Assembly (NCBI GenBank): GCA_938004065.1
Contig: CALKWM010000041.1
Location: forward strand, 26,889 to 90,888
Source of the DNA: an uncultured bacterium
GTDB lineage: Bacteria; Patescibacteriota; JAHJAL01
Direction: 5' to 3'
Length of the DNA: 64,000 bases
The notes under the pieces were generated by a model that was given only the letters and a program-made list of their open reading frames with translations, did not search any database and had not been told where the DNA came from. Shown in pieces: positions 39,207-49,575 of the stretch. The position numbers and the translations under genes were made by a program. Position 1 is the stretch's first letter; each line of letters begins with the position of its first letter.

Positions 39207-40603
39207 AACTATTCAATACATTTACCAGGCAAAAAGAAGAATTTAAACCCCAAAAAGAAGGTCAAGTCAAAATGTACACCTGCGGACCTACCGTTTACAA
39301 CTATGTTCATCTGGGAAATTTGCGGGCATACACCTGGGTGGATATTTTGCGTAAATACTTCGAATTCAATGAATGGGACGTAAAACACGTCATGAATATT
39401 ACCGACGTCGATGACAAAACCATCCAAGCCAGTCAAAAAGAAAATCTGCCACTCACTGATTTAACCGAGAAATACACCTCAATCTTCATGCAAAATTTAA
39501 TGGACTTAAACATCACTCCACCTACCAAGATCGTCAAAGCTACCGACCACATCAAAGAAATGATTAAAATCATTCAAAAACTGGTTGATGAAAAATTTGC
39601 CTATATCGGCAAAGATGGATCAGTTTATTTTTCCATCGTCAAATTTCCCGAATACGGTAAATTATCAAAACTAGACAAGAGTGGTATCAAAATCGGTTTC
39701 CGAGTTGATCACCAAGAATACGACAAAGACCAAGCGGCTGATTTTGCCCTCTGGAAAGCCCACAGTGAATCCGATGGTGAAGTTTACTGGAATTCTCCAT
39801 GGGGCAAAGGCCGTCCCGGTTGGCACATCGAATGCTCAGCCATGAGTATGAAACATCTCGGCGATACAATTGATATTCACACCGGTGCGGTGGACAACAT
39901 CTTTCCCCACCATGAAAACGAAATTGCTCAATCCGAATGTTATACCGGCAAAAAATTCGTCCGATATTGGCTTCACAACGAACACATGCTGGTCAATGGC
40001 CAGAAAATGTCAAAAAGCAAAAATAACTTTTTTACTCTGGACTCGATCCGCGACAATAAATTAAATCCACGCGATCTACGATATTTGATAGTCAGCTCTC
40101 ATTATCGTTCCAAAATGAATTTTACCTGGGACAGTATCAATGCGGCACACAACGTCCTAAAAAATATCGATAAATTTATCAATCGTTTAGAAAAAGTCAA
40201 CAAAGAAAAACCCCAAATCCCGGCTAACAGCTACGAAAGTCTGTTTAATTCATCAACCACCCAATTTTTCGATGCTATCGAAGATGATCTAAATACCCCC
40301 AAAGCACTGGCAGTTATTCATAACCTGATTAAAAAAATCAATATTCTGCTCGATGAAGACAAAATAGGAAAAAGAGCAGCCAAAAAAACTCTCAAAATGT
40401 TGCATGATTTCGACCAGATATTTGGAATATTGTTTGTTGCTTCTGACAAAATCCCTTTAAAAATCAAAAAAATAGTAACCGACCGTGAAGAAGCACGCAA
40501 AATCAAAGATTTTAATACCGCCGATAAACTTCGCAAAGAGATAGAAAAAGCCGGCTACGAAATAGAAGACACTGAACTGGGAACCAATGTTACTAAAAAA
40601 TAA
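39197..40603 (+). CDS. cysS: Cysteine--tRNA ligase
   Basis: MYTCGPTVYNYVHLGN, NITDVDDK, DFALWK, GRPGWHIECSAM, FPHHENE, KMSKS. Confidence 0.98.
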   Translation: MALKLFNTFTRQKEEFKPQKEGQVKMYTCGPTVYNYVHLGNLRAYTWVDILRKYFEFNEWDVKHVMNITDVDDKTIQASQKENLPLTDLTEKYTSIFMQNLMDLNITPPTKIVKATDHIKEMIKIIQKLVDEKFAYIGKDGSVYFSIVKFPEYGKLSKLDKSGIKIGFRVDHQEYDKDQAADFALWKAHSESDGEVYWNSPWGKGRPGWHIECSAMSMKHLGDTIDIHTGAVDNIFPHHENEIAQSECYTGKKFVRYWLHNEHMLVNGQKMSKSKNNFFTLDSIRDNKLNPRDLRYLIVSSHYRSKMNFTWDSINAAHNVLKNIDKFINRLEKVNKEKPQIPANSYESLFNSSTTQFFDAIEDDLNTPKALAVIHNLIKKINILLDEDKIGKRAAKKTLKMLHDFDQIFGILFVASDKIPLKIKKIVTDREEARKIKDFNTADKLRKEIEKAGYEIEDTELGTNVTKK

Positions 40604-40643
40604 TCTTTTCTTGATTTTTATCGCACCTATTCATAAATAACTC

Positions 40644-40678
40644 AAAAAATAGTACACTTTCATGTGAACTATTTTTTT
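40644..40678. terminator. Bidirectional terminator-like hairpin
   Basis: aaaaaatagtacac tttcat gtgaactattttttt. Confidence 0.6.
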
Positions 40679-40721
40679 CATCCACCAACTCTTCCAATAC
40701 TCTTACTTTTTACTTATCCCG

Positions 40722-41714
40722 ATGAATTTCACCTGGCACCAAAAACATCCCATCATCTGCTCTGCACCCATGCATGGGATAACCAATAGTTCTCAACGGC
40801 AAATTTTTAAAAAATTCGGGGCCGACTTGCTCTTTACTGAAATGGTAAGTTCTATGGGTTTAAAGTATGAAAATAGAAAAACCCAATCCAAGATACATTT
40901 TACCTCCCGTGAAAAACCGATTATCGTCCAAATATTTGGCAATACGATCACCGAAACTATTCTTTCCGCCCAGTATGCGGAAAAAATGGGTGCCGACGGG
41001 ATCGATTTTAACTGCGGTTGCCCCGCCCGCAATATGATTGCTTCCGGAAATGGAGGAAAATTACTACTGGAACCGGATAAACTTATTGAAGTCCTCACCA
41101 GTATTAAAAAAAATATTCACATACCACTTTCACTTAAAACTCGAATTGGATATGACAAAATACTACCACCAAAATTCTATGATAAAATAGCCAAAAAAAC
41201 AGGTATTGATTGCTTAATAATTCATGGCCGTACCGTCAAACAAAAATACCGAGGAAAAAGTGATTGGAAACAAATCAAAAAAATTTCCCAAAAAATTTCA
41301 ATACCGGTTATTGGCAGCGGTGATATTATCAATGCCTACATCGCCCAGAATCGCATCAATAATTTTACACCGGCCGGCATCATGATCGGTCGCGGAGCAT
41401 TGGGCAACCCATGGATTTTTAACCAAACCAAAAAAGTATTATCCGGAATCAAAATACGACCACATATCAATCTCAAAAAAATTATTCAAACAATTTTATT
41501 TCACGCTCGACTCAATATCAAAGAATTTTTACACAATCCATATTACACTGCCAAATTCACTCGCGATGAAATCGAACACCACGCGATTTGCAATATGAGA
41601 AAACATTTTGGTTGGTATTTTAAAGGTTTCGTAGGCGCCAAAACTATCAGAATGGATTTGTTTACAATATCCACCTACGAAGAACTGGAAAAATATCTAA
41701 ATAAACTAACTTAA
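40722..41714 (+). CDS. tRNA-dihydrouridine synthase (DusB-like)
   Basis: APMHG, TEMVS, IVQIFG, IDFNCGCP, IHGRT, IGSGDI, MIGRGALGNPW. Confidence 0.93.
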   Translation: MNFTWHQKHPIICSAPMHGITNSSQRQIFKKFGADLLFTEMVSSMGLKYENRKTQSKIHFTSREKPIIVQIFGNTITETILSAQYAEKMGADGIDFNCGCPARNMIASGNGGKLLLEPDKLIEVLTSIKKNIHIPLSLKTRIGYDKILPPKFYDKIAKKTGIDCLIIHGRTVKQKYRGKSDWKQIKKISQKISIPVIGSGDIINAYIAQNRINNFTPAGIMIGRGALGNPWIFNQTKKVLSGIKIRPHINLKKIIQTILFHARLNIKEFLHNPYYTAKFTRDEIEHHAICNMRKHFGWYFKGFVGAKTIRMDLFTISTYEELEKYLNKLT

Positions 41715-41771
41715 TCCCATTTTCTCATTTTTTAGTATTGCATTATTTACCGATGTCAATTTTTAAAATCT

Positions 41772-42719
41772 ATGCAAAAAAAATTTACATCTACATCTGC
41801 CGGGCGCCTTGATAAAATTATCAATTCACATATTGACGATCTTTCTCGCAACTACATTTCCAAATTGATAAAAGACAATCACATAACAGTTAACAACATA
41901 CTAACCAATAAACCATCTACCAACGTCAAAGTAGGGGACATCATCCAATTTACTATTCCCCCGGCCATTTCTCAAGATATTGTCCCCAAAAATGATCACC
42001 TGGATATAGTTTTCGAAGACAAACATATGTTTGTCATTAACAAACCACCTCATTTACCTGTACATCCCAGCTATGGTCATTTTGATGATACTCTGGTCAA
42101 TATTCTCATGTATCACTATCCCAAATTTAAAACCTTCGCTCCTATCAACGGAATTCATCGTCCCGGCATAATTCATCGTTTGGATCAAGATACATCGGGA
42201 TTAATTGTCATTGCCAAAACTGTACAAGCAATGCAAAAACTAGCAAATGATTTAAAAAACAAAAAATGGACCAAAAAATACTTCGCCCTATGCCTCAATA
42301 ATACAAATAAAACTAACGGCACAATTACAAAAAATATCATCCGCAATCCCAGAGATCGAAAAAAATTTATCGCCACATCTTTTGACCGAGGAAAAACCGC
42401 CATTACACATTACCAATCTTTAGAAAACTACACATATCAAAAAAACACTATCAGTTTAATGGATATATCGATTGAAACCGGCCGCACTCATCAAATCAGG
42501 GTACATTTAAATTCTGAAAAAATGCCAATCTTGGGCGATAAACAGTATTTTACCAAAGAATCACAAAAATTTTCCAAAACATTACAAATCGATCGTCAAC
42601 TACTACATTCCTACTATTTAAAACTAATTCATCCTGATAACGGCAAGATAATTGAATTTTCAACCCCTAAACCACTGGATTTCAAACAAGCTATCAACAA
42701 CTTAAAAAAACCAATTTGA
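41772..42719 (+). CDS. rluD: RluD/RluA-family pseudouridine synthase with S4 domain
   Basis: GRLDK..SR S4 domain, INKP, RPGIIHRLDQDTSG, ETGRTHQIRVH, ILGD. Confidence 0.88.
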   Translation: MQKKFTSTSAGRLDKIINSHIDDLSRNYISKLIKDNHITVNNILTNKPSTNVKVGDIIQFTIPPAISQDIVPKNDHLDIVFEDKHMFVINKPPHLPVHPSYGHFDDTLVNILMYHYPKFKTFAPINGIHRPGIIHRLDQDTSGLIVIAKTVQAMQKLANDLKNKKWTKKYFALCLNNTNKTNGTITKNIIRNPRDRKKFIATSFDRGKTAITHYQSLENYTYQKNTISLMDISIETGRTHQIRVHLNSEKMPILGDKQYFTKESQKFSKTLQIDRQLLHSYYLKLIHPDNGKIIEFSTPKPLDFKQAINNLKKPI

Positions 42720-42798
42720 TACAATAGATTTATAAAAACTATTTCACAATATCTCATATCATCTCATATATTCATCCAATTAATTAATTACTAAAAAA

Positions 42799-43869
42799 AT
42801 GTATATCGTTATCATGGCCGGCGGGCAAGGCACCAGACTTTGGCCTATGAGTCGGCAAAATCGGCCCAAACAACTGTTTGATCTGGTATCCAATCAAACA
42901 CTTCTAAAAGACACGATCGATCGCTTAGTGCCACAATACCCAATTGACCAAATCTATATTGCCACCAACCATAATTATGTCTCGGAAATCAGAAAACAAA
43001 TTCCCGATTTCCCGGCTGAAAATATTTTTTCCGAACCCGAGCTTAGGGACACTTCCGCTTGCATCGGATTGGCAACCGCCAAAATCTGCAAAAAAGATCC
43101 TGATGCAGTTATCGCTATCTTGCCCTCAGATCATTACATAGAAAAAGAAACCAAATTTCTCAAAATTCTTGCTTGCGCCGACAAACTGTGTCAACGTGAA
43201 AATCAAATCGTTATTCTCGGTATTCAACCAACCAGACCAGCCACCGAATTGGGCTATATTCATATCAAGTCCGGTACCAAAAGTATCAACGGTTGCAAAG
43301 TATTTCGAGTCAAAAATTTCGTTGAAAAACCTGATATCGCCACCGCCAAAAAATACGTCAAAAGTTGGCGATATTTCTGGAATGCCGGTATGTTTATCTA
43401 TCCGGCCCAAGTCATGCTGGAATCTTTCAAAAAACACATGCCTCAAAACTATCTCATCACCGAAAAAATACTTGCCGCCATCGACACCCCACAAGAAAAA
43501 AAAGTAATTGATAACGAATACAAAAAATATGAAAAACTATCGATCGATTACGGCATCATGGAAAAATCCGATGATCTGTTGATGATTCCAGCCGATATCG
43601 GCTGGAATGATATCGGTACCTGGGGCGCTCTCAAAGACGTTTTGGCAATTGATGAAACCGCCAATGTTACCAAAGGCAACCTAATCACCATCGACACTAC
43701 CGGATCACTGATCTACGGCTCCCAAAAACCGATTGCCACCATCGGCATCGACAATCTGGTAATAGTCGATACTGACGATATTCTTATGATTTGTCCCAAA
43801 GACAAAACCGCCGATATGAAAAAACTGGTTCAACATCTCAAAGATACGCGCCAAGATAAATTGTTATAA
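42799..43869 (+). CDS. manC: Mannose-1-phosphate guanylyltransferase
   Basis: IMAGGQGTRLWPMSRQNRPKQ, PSDH, FVEKP, WNAGMF, SIDYGIMEK, WNDIGTW. Confidence 0.93.
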   Translation: MYIVIMAGGQGTRLWPMSRQNRPKQLFDLVSNQTLLKDTIDRLVPQYPIDQIYIATNHNYVSEIRKQIPDFPAENIFSEPELRDTSACIGLATAKICKKDPDAVIAILPSDHYIEKETKFLKILACADKLCQRENQIVILGIQPTRPATELGYIHIKSGTKSINGCKVFRVKNFVEKPDIATAKKYVKSWRYFWNAGMFIYPAQVMLESFKKHMPQNYLITEKILAAIDTPQEKKVIDNEYKKYEKLSIDYGIMEKSDDLLMIPADIGWNDIGTWGALKDVLAIDETANVTKGNLITIDTTGSLIYGSQKPIATIGIDNLVIVDTDDILMICPKDKTADMKKLVQHLKDTRQDKLL

Positions 43870-43991
43870 GAAGACCAAGCAACTATTGTTTTTAGTTATA
43901 GATTTTACTACAATAACAAATAGCAATGCTTTTCATTGCTATTTTCTTAAATTTTTTAGTCTAATTTTTTTATCCTTTAATTACACCTGCC

Positions 43992-45293
43992 GTGCAAAGA
44001 AACACTTTTTTATTAACAATTCTTATTATTATCATCACCATTTTTGCCGGTTTGATAACATGGCCGAAAGGACCCGACCTTAACATTCCTCAACTCAACA
44101 TTTCTCAAGAACTGAAAATCCATGAAGGGCTAGACTTGAAAGGTGGAACACAATTGACCTATCAAGCCGATATTTCAGAAATTCCCTTGGCCGAACAAGC
44201 CAATGCTATTCAAGGAGTAATAAACATCATCGATTTTCGAATCAACCAGTTAGGTGTCGCCGAACCGCTCATCCAATCATCCGGCGAGGACAAAATTCTA
44301 GTCGAATTACCCGGAGTCAATGACATCAATCAAGCGATAAATCTAATCGGTAAAACAGCTCAATTAAAATTTTTAAGTGAACCAACCGAACCACATCCCG
44401 ATCTAAACGAATTGGACATGGGATGGTGGACACCGACAAATTTAACCGGTGCCAATTTAAAAAAAGCTGACATTGAAATCGATCCTCAAACCAGTAAACC
44501 GATTGTAACCCTGGAATTCGACGACCAAGGCAAACAACTTTTTGCCGAACTTACCAAAAACAATATCCAAAAAAGAATCGCTATATTCCTGGACAACATT
44601 TTAATTTCCGCTCCCACCGTCCAAACCGAAATTTCAGACGGTAACGCTATCATCGAAGGAAATTTTACCATCGAACAAGCCAAAGATCTAAAAATTCAAC
44701 TTAATTCCGGTGCTTTGCCTGTACCGGTAAAACTAATCAGTCAATCAAATGTTGGCGCTACTCTTGGCAATGAAACCATGAAAATGAGTGCCATCGCCGG
44801 CATTATCGGCTTTTTGTTGGTAGTAATTTTCTTGCTGATCAACTACCGTATGCCCGGCCTTATAGCATCCGTTGCGCTAGTAATCTATATTTTAATCTCC
44901 ATTAGTATCTTTAAACTGATTCCGATTACTATCACCCTCGCCGGTGCTGCCGCTTTTATCCTTTCTATCGGCATGGCAGTCGATGCCAACATCTTGATAT
45001 TTGAAAGAACCAAGGAAGAACTTCGTACCGGAAAAACTCTTCGTTCTGCCATAGAGGCCGGCTTTAACCGTGCCTGGCCATCAATCCGAGATGCCAATAT
45101 CTCAACACTGATCACCACCTCGATTTTGTGGTATTTGGGAACCGGCACCATACGCGGATTTGCATTAACTCTGGCTATTGGTGTTTTAGTCAGTATGTTT
45201 TCAGCTATCACTACCACTCGCACTCTTCTGAGACTTTTCTACGGCGCAAACGACGATCCCCAAGTTTTTGGTATCAAACCTCTAAACAAATAA
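43992..45293 (+). CDS. secD: Protein translocase subunit SecD
   Basis: GLDLKGG, RINQLGVAEP, VELPG, SGALPV, IGMAVDANILIFER, DANIST. Confidence 0.96.
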   Translation: MQRNTFLLTILIIIITIFAGLITWPKGPDLNIPQLNISQELKIHEGLDLKGGTQLTYQADISEIPLAEQANAIQGVINIIDFRINQLGVAEPLIQSSGEDKILVELPGVNDINQAINLIGKTAQLKFLSEPTEPHPDLNELDMGWWTPTNLTGANLKKADIEIDPQTSKPIVTLEFDDQGKQLFAELTKNNIQKRIAIFLDNILISAPTVQTEISDGNAIIEGNFTIEQAKDLKIQLNSGALPVPVKLISQSNVGATLGNETMKMSAIAGIIGFLLVVIFLLINYRMPGLIASVALVIYILISISIFKLIPITITLAGAAAFILSIGMAVDANILIFERTKEELRTGKTLRSAIEAGFNRAWPSIRDANISTLITTSILWYLGTGTIRGFALTLAIGVLVSMFSAITTTRTLLRLFYGANDDPQVFGIKPLNK

Positions 45294-45331
45294 CATTTTA
45301 TTTAAACTTAATACTTTTTTAACTAGTTACT

Positions 45332-46447
45332 ATGTACAATATCATCGGCAAAAGAAATCTTTGGTATATCATATCCGCAATTATCATTATTCCCGGATTA
45401 ATCTCTCTCTTAACCAATGGTTTAAAACTGGGAATCGACTTTCGTGGCGGTACTCTTTTGGAACTTCAATTTAACGACCAGAAAAAAATTGATACTGAAC
45501 AAGTAAGAGAAAGTTTGTCCGGACTGGACTTGGGCAATCTTTCACTGCAATCTTCCGGTGCCAATTCAATCATTATCCGCACCGATACTTTAACCGTTGA
45601 CAACACCGAATTTGAAAAACCAGCCAACTCTACTATCAACGAAACAGACAACAGTTCCACCGCAACACAAGAATCTGACACCACCAATACCAATTCTCAA
45701 GCCGGTATATTTTTTCAAATTGCTCACGCCCAAGAATCAACACCCGCAACAACTCTGGAAAATGACAGCACCGTTCAACCTGAGTCCATCGACAATCACA
45801 TAGTGCTTGGTGGAACGGAAAAATACAACGAAATTATAGATAAACTCCAAGCGGACTTTGGCAACATCACCGAATTGCGATCTGAGTCAGTTGGCCCGAC
45901 CATATCCAGTGAATTAACTACCAATACTATCTGGTCAGTATTTTTAGCGTCACTATTTATCATTTTGTATCTCGCGTGGGCATTTCGAAATGTACCCGCT
46001 CCGGCCAGCTCCTGGCGATTTGGCATCTGTGCCATCGCCGCTCTGCTACACGACGTATTATTTGTACTTGGCGTTTACTCCATTCTTGGCGCTTTTTACA
46101 ATGTTGAATTGGATATCCTCTTCCTACCTGCTATCCTAACTATTATGAGTTTCTCGGTACACGACAGCATCGTAGTCTTTGATCGTGTCCGTGAAAATCT
46201 ACGCAAATACACCAAAGAATCTTTTGAAGAGGTTGTAAATATCTCTGTCAATGAAACTTTGGTTCGATCACTCAATCTATCTTTGACAGTAGTTATTACA
46301 CTCCTTGCCTTATACCTTTTCGGCGCCAACTCTATAAAACCATTTTTGTTTACTCTAATAATTGGTTTGATCTCCGGTACCTACAGCTCTATCTTTAACG
46401 CTTCACCACTTCTTGTTACTTGGCATAACTGGACTAACAAGAAATAA
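45332..46447 (+). CDS. secF: Protein translocase subunit SecF (with long periplasmic insertion)
   Basis: LGIDFRGGT, SVGPTIS, ALLHDV, SVHDSIVVFDRVREN, GTYSSIF. Confidence 0.95.
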   Translation: MYNIIGKRNLWYIISAIIIIPGLISLLTNGLKLGIDFRGGTLLELQFNDQKKIDTEQVRESLSGLDLGNLSLQSSGANSIIIRTDTLTVDNTEFEKPANSTINETDNSSTATQESDTTNTNSQAGIFFQIAHAQESTPATTLENDSTVQPESIDNHIVLGGTEKYNEIIDKLQADFGNITELRSESVGPTISSELTTNTIWSVFLASLFIILYLAWAFRNVPAPASSWRFGICAIAALLHDVLFVLGVYSILGAFYNVELDILFLPAILTIMSFSVHDSIVVFDRVRENLRKYTKESFEEVVNISVNETLVRSLNLSLTVVITLLALYLFGANSIKPFLFTLIIGLISGTYSSIFNASPLLVTWHNWTNKK

Positions 46448-46549
46448 TCTATTTAAATTTATAACCTTTCATAATCCCCGCCAACCAAAAACCCAAGAAT
46501 ATTTGTAAACACTTTCTTGTGGTCGGTAGCGGGGGTTTTCATTTAATAA

Positions 46550-47305
46550 ATGAATAATCATATCCCAAATATCCTCTTTGAAGACAACCACATCATCGTC
46601 GTTGACAAACCTTTCAATATCCTTACTCAAGGAGACAATACGGGTGATCAAAGCTTGTATTCACAGGTCAAACAATACATCAAAAACAAATATCACAAAC
46701 CTGGCAAAGTTTATCTGGGACTTATACATCGACTTGATCGACCGGTACGGGGAATAATTGTCTTTGCCAAAACCTCCAAAGCCGCATCCAGACTATCCGA
46801 ACAAATCAGAGTAGGGGACTTTACTAAAAAATATATCGCCATCAGTGAATCATCTCCGTATGGGCAACCCTTGCCTGCCCGCCGAATGGCTGAGCAGATA
46901 TCCAAATGGCAAACCATAACCCATTACTTGAAAAAAAATCCGCATACAAATACCACCAAAGTGTCAGATATTCCCAAAACTGACTACAAAAAATCTATCC
47001 TGAAATTTAGATTATTTCCAAAATCTGGTAATTCGTCATTAGTAATTAGCAATTCAAATATCATTCAACACTTTCTTTTGCCCAAAAACACTATTTTAAA
47101 AAATTCAAATATTATCGAGGTCAAACTCCTCACCGGCCGTTCTCATCAGATACGATCGCAGTTAAGCCACATAGGACTGCCGATTTTAGGCGATATCAAA
47201 TACGGTGCATCAAATCCACTCCCAAACAAAAATATCGCTCTCATCGCAAATTGCTTAAAATTGACTCATCCCACTACAAAAAAAGTATTAATATTCAAAT
47301 TATAA
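46550..47305 (+). CDS. RluA-family pseudouridine synthase
   Basis: VVDKP, IHRLDRPVRG, KTSKAA.RL, LLTGRSHQIR, ILGDIKYG. Confidence 0.9.
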   Translation: MNNHIPNILFEDNHIIVVDKPFNILTQGDNTGDQSLYSQVKQYIKNKYHKPGKVYLGLIHRLDRPVRGIIVFAKTSKAASRLSEQIRVGDFTKKYIAISESSPYGQPLPARRMAEQISKWQTITHYLKKNPHTNTTKVSDIPKTDYKKSILKFRLFPKSGNSSLVISNSNIIQHFLLPKNTILKNSNIIEVKLLTGRSHQIRSQLSHIGLPILGDIKYGASNPLPNKNIALIANCLKLTHPTTKKVLIFKL

Positions 47306-47331
47306 AAAAACCCTTTCTTTTTTCAAAAGGG
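47304..47331 (-). terminator. Terminator at the convergence of the + and - gene blocks
   Basis: Minus strand cccttt...aaaggg ttttttt. Confidence 0.45.
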
Positions 47332-47337
47332 CACTTG

Positions 47338-48315
47338 CTAACCATAACTATCTTTTAAATCTAAAAACATTTTATCATCAGTCAAAGCTTTTAGATATTT
47401 TTTAAAATTATCATAAGTCTGCGATTCCAACTCTTTCCATGACAGAGGGCTAGCTTCCAATACCAGAAAAAATGGAATACTGATCCTATCATTTCGAATT
47501 GCCCAACCAACCATAGAAAATATTTTTCTAAAATCAATAATTCCATCATATACACTCGCATGGGCATTGTGACCATCTTTTGGTAAATTACTGATCTCAA
47601 TCATCCGAACCAATCGAGCAATTTTGGGATCAAGCACAAATCTCATCAACCATTTCTCCGCTTCAACATTTTCACAGCACTTATACATACTTCTTGCCCG
47701 ATGAAAATGACCGGCATCAAATGATATCCAAAATTTTCTACCATTGCCTATATTCAAATCCTGGATCAATTTAACAAAATCCATTGGTGTATGCAATTCC
47801 GGATAATACTCAACCAATACATTTATTTCCTCCGGAAGGCAGTCTATCATATCCAGATTTTCTACTAAACCTCGAGAATCCCATCTAATCCATTTTGAAC
47901 TTTTAATGCAAGTCGTATATTTCAGTAATTTTTTTATTTTACACTTCAGATCATCCTTGTTTCTAACACTAAAAAATCTCCACGCGATCATTTGTAAAAA
48001 CATTCTTTTGAAATATCTCGCCCACAAATCTAATTTCATACCTTGTGGCTTATCCCGATTAACCATTTCCAAATCATACTTGAATCTCTCGACATTCCAG
48101 TTAATATCGGGGATATCACCGCAATAATGGTCAAATGTTTTTGAACGGATGTTCTTTACTGTTTTTTCAATGTTAACTACCATTCCTCCCAACACACTCA
48201 AACCCACATGCCCAAAACCGACTTTTCTAAGTAATTTGCAGACTTTGGTATCAAATTTTTTATCCCCAATCGATGATACCAAAAGATATATATTGTCTTT
48301 AAAATACTTTTCCAA
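47338..48315 (-). CDS. Xylose-isomerase/AP-endonuclease-2-like TIM-barrel protein (paralog 3)
   Basis: VLVEY, WISFDAGHF, H..VYDGIIDF, LVLEASP; start placed at TTG 48315 after GAGGTG SD (ORF track extends to 48408). Confidence 0.65.
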   Translation of the reverse strand: MEKYFKDNIYLLVSSIGDKKFDTKVCKLLRKVGFGHVGLSVLGGMVVNIEKTVKNIRSKTFDHYCGDIPDINWNVERFKYDLEMVNRDKPQGMKLDLWARYFKRMFLQMIAWRFFSVRNKDDLKCKIKKLLKYTTCIKSSKWIRWDSRGLVENLDMIDCLPEEINVLVEYYPELHTPMDFVKLIQDLNIGNGRKFWISFDAGHFHRARSMYKCCENVEAEKWLMRFVLDPKIARLVRMIEISNLPKDGHNAHASVYDGIIDFRKIFSMVGWAIRNDRISIPFFLVLEASPLSWKELESQTYDNFKKYLKALTDDKMFLDLKDSYG

Positions 48316-48435
48316 TTTGCATTCACCTCTTTTTTTTAATATTTCGAAAACACAATCATTATAATATTTATCGCCATCAAATACAACAAAAGACCTGTTT
48401 TTTTTCACAGGTCTTTCTAATACATCTTCTTGCTT

Positions 48436-49446
48436 TTAATATTTTTCTTCTCGATTCACCTCCTCACATACTTTATTCATTTCCCGAACGTCATCGAAAA
48501 ATTTGTCACCCAGATTATCTCTATCCGCTGGGTTGATTTCGATGACGATCTCTTCCAAAGTATCAGGAAAATACTCTAATACTTTTTTCAGATACTTTGG
48601 ATAATCGATAACATTTTGATCCGGATGGCAATGCATTTTTATCACTTCATCCATTGCCTCCTCGGATCGATCGACAGATTTAGAATCAAATGCCTTCTGA
48701 TTGAGAATCTGCACCGGATTGTAATCCAGAGAAAACACATTATGCCTGAAACCCGGCACCACGGGTCTTCTGATATTTTCCAAGACATTATAAATGTCAC
48801 CCCACAATCCCATCGCTTCTCCCTGAAGTAAATGAGCCGGATCAAGAGCAATTCCTATATTCTCTCGCTTTAAAAACCTTTTATAATCCAATATATCATG
48901 AAGATAGGAAAAAAAATCTTTACAAGAAAAACTATCAATTTCAAATCCAATCTTCATTTTTGATGAAATGTTTAACAATTCAATTATTTTCTCCTCATCT
49001 TTGACAAATGTTTTTCCAATTCCGGATCTTATATATGTTATTTCTGTATTATTTATCAAATAACTCATGTTTCTCATGAGCTCTTTAATATTTGGATAAT
49101 TTATCAGTCTCCAACCGATATGTGCCTTCATGCGGGAGATAAAAGAGGAAATAGCTTGTTTCCGAAGAAATTCATTTATCATCCTCCGGTCAAAGAAATT
49201 GACTATATCCGGAATATCAATATCATTGACCATTATTTTTTCTTCCTCAAGCATTCCTAAAAATTTTTTAGAATCAATTATCCTCATCGGATGAAAACTT
49301 AAACCAACACAATCGATACCGCATCTTTCCTCGATTTCCTGTGCCAGTCTATTAAAATTCGACAACAATACTTTTGGGTCAAACATCCTCCATAATGTTT
49401 TTATATCAGTATGAATACAAGATCCCATAGAAATTGACCATTTCAT
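48436..49446 (-). CDS. TIM-barrel protein (paralog 2)
   Basis: DIPDI, IGFEID, IGIALDPAHL, H.HPDQNVIDY, IVIEINP. Confidence 0.65.
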   Translation of the reverse strand: MKWSISMGSCIHTDIKTLWRMFDPKVLLSNFNRLAQEIEERCGIDCVGLSFHPMRIIDSKKFLGMLEEEKIMVNDIDIPDIVNFFDRRMINEFLRKQAISSFISRMKAHIGWRLINYPNIKELMRNMSYLINNTEITYIRSGIGKTFVKDEEKIIELLNISSKMKIGFEIDSFSCKDFFSYLHDILDYKRFLKRENIGIALDPAHLLQGEAMGLWGDIYNVLENIRRPVVPGFRHNVFSLDYNPVQILNQKAFDSKSVDRSEEAMDEVIKMHCHPDQNVIDYPKYLKKVLEYFPDTLEEIVIEINPADRDNLGDKFFDDVREMNKVCEEVNREEKY

Positions 49447-49575
49447 TATCCATCACAATCCTTTCTTTTTTAATTTGCATCCTATCAGCAATACCCCAAG
49501 ACTATATTACTTTATTAACCAGATGTCAATATTTATATCCCATATATTCAAATCCACTCTTCAAAAAAGAGTGGA

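Noticed and set aside
43918-43944. Palindrome AAATAGCAATG-N5-CATTGCTATTT before secD as an operator
   Set aside because: Equally explained as the manC terminator (followed by T residues); single occurrence.
47305-47338. Convergent switch of gene orientation as the replication terminus
   Set aside because: Sampled lines show C>G on the + strand on both sides, so no skew inversion is evident; needs computation.
48408-48438. Read-through fusion of TIM paralogs 2 and 3 (same frame, one TAA)
   Set aside because: A hairpin (48389-48416) and a separate GAGGTG SD with TTG start at 48315 favour independent genes.
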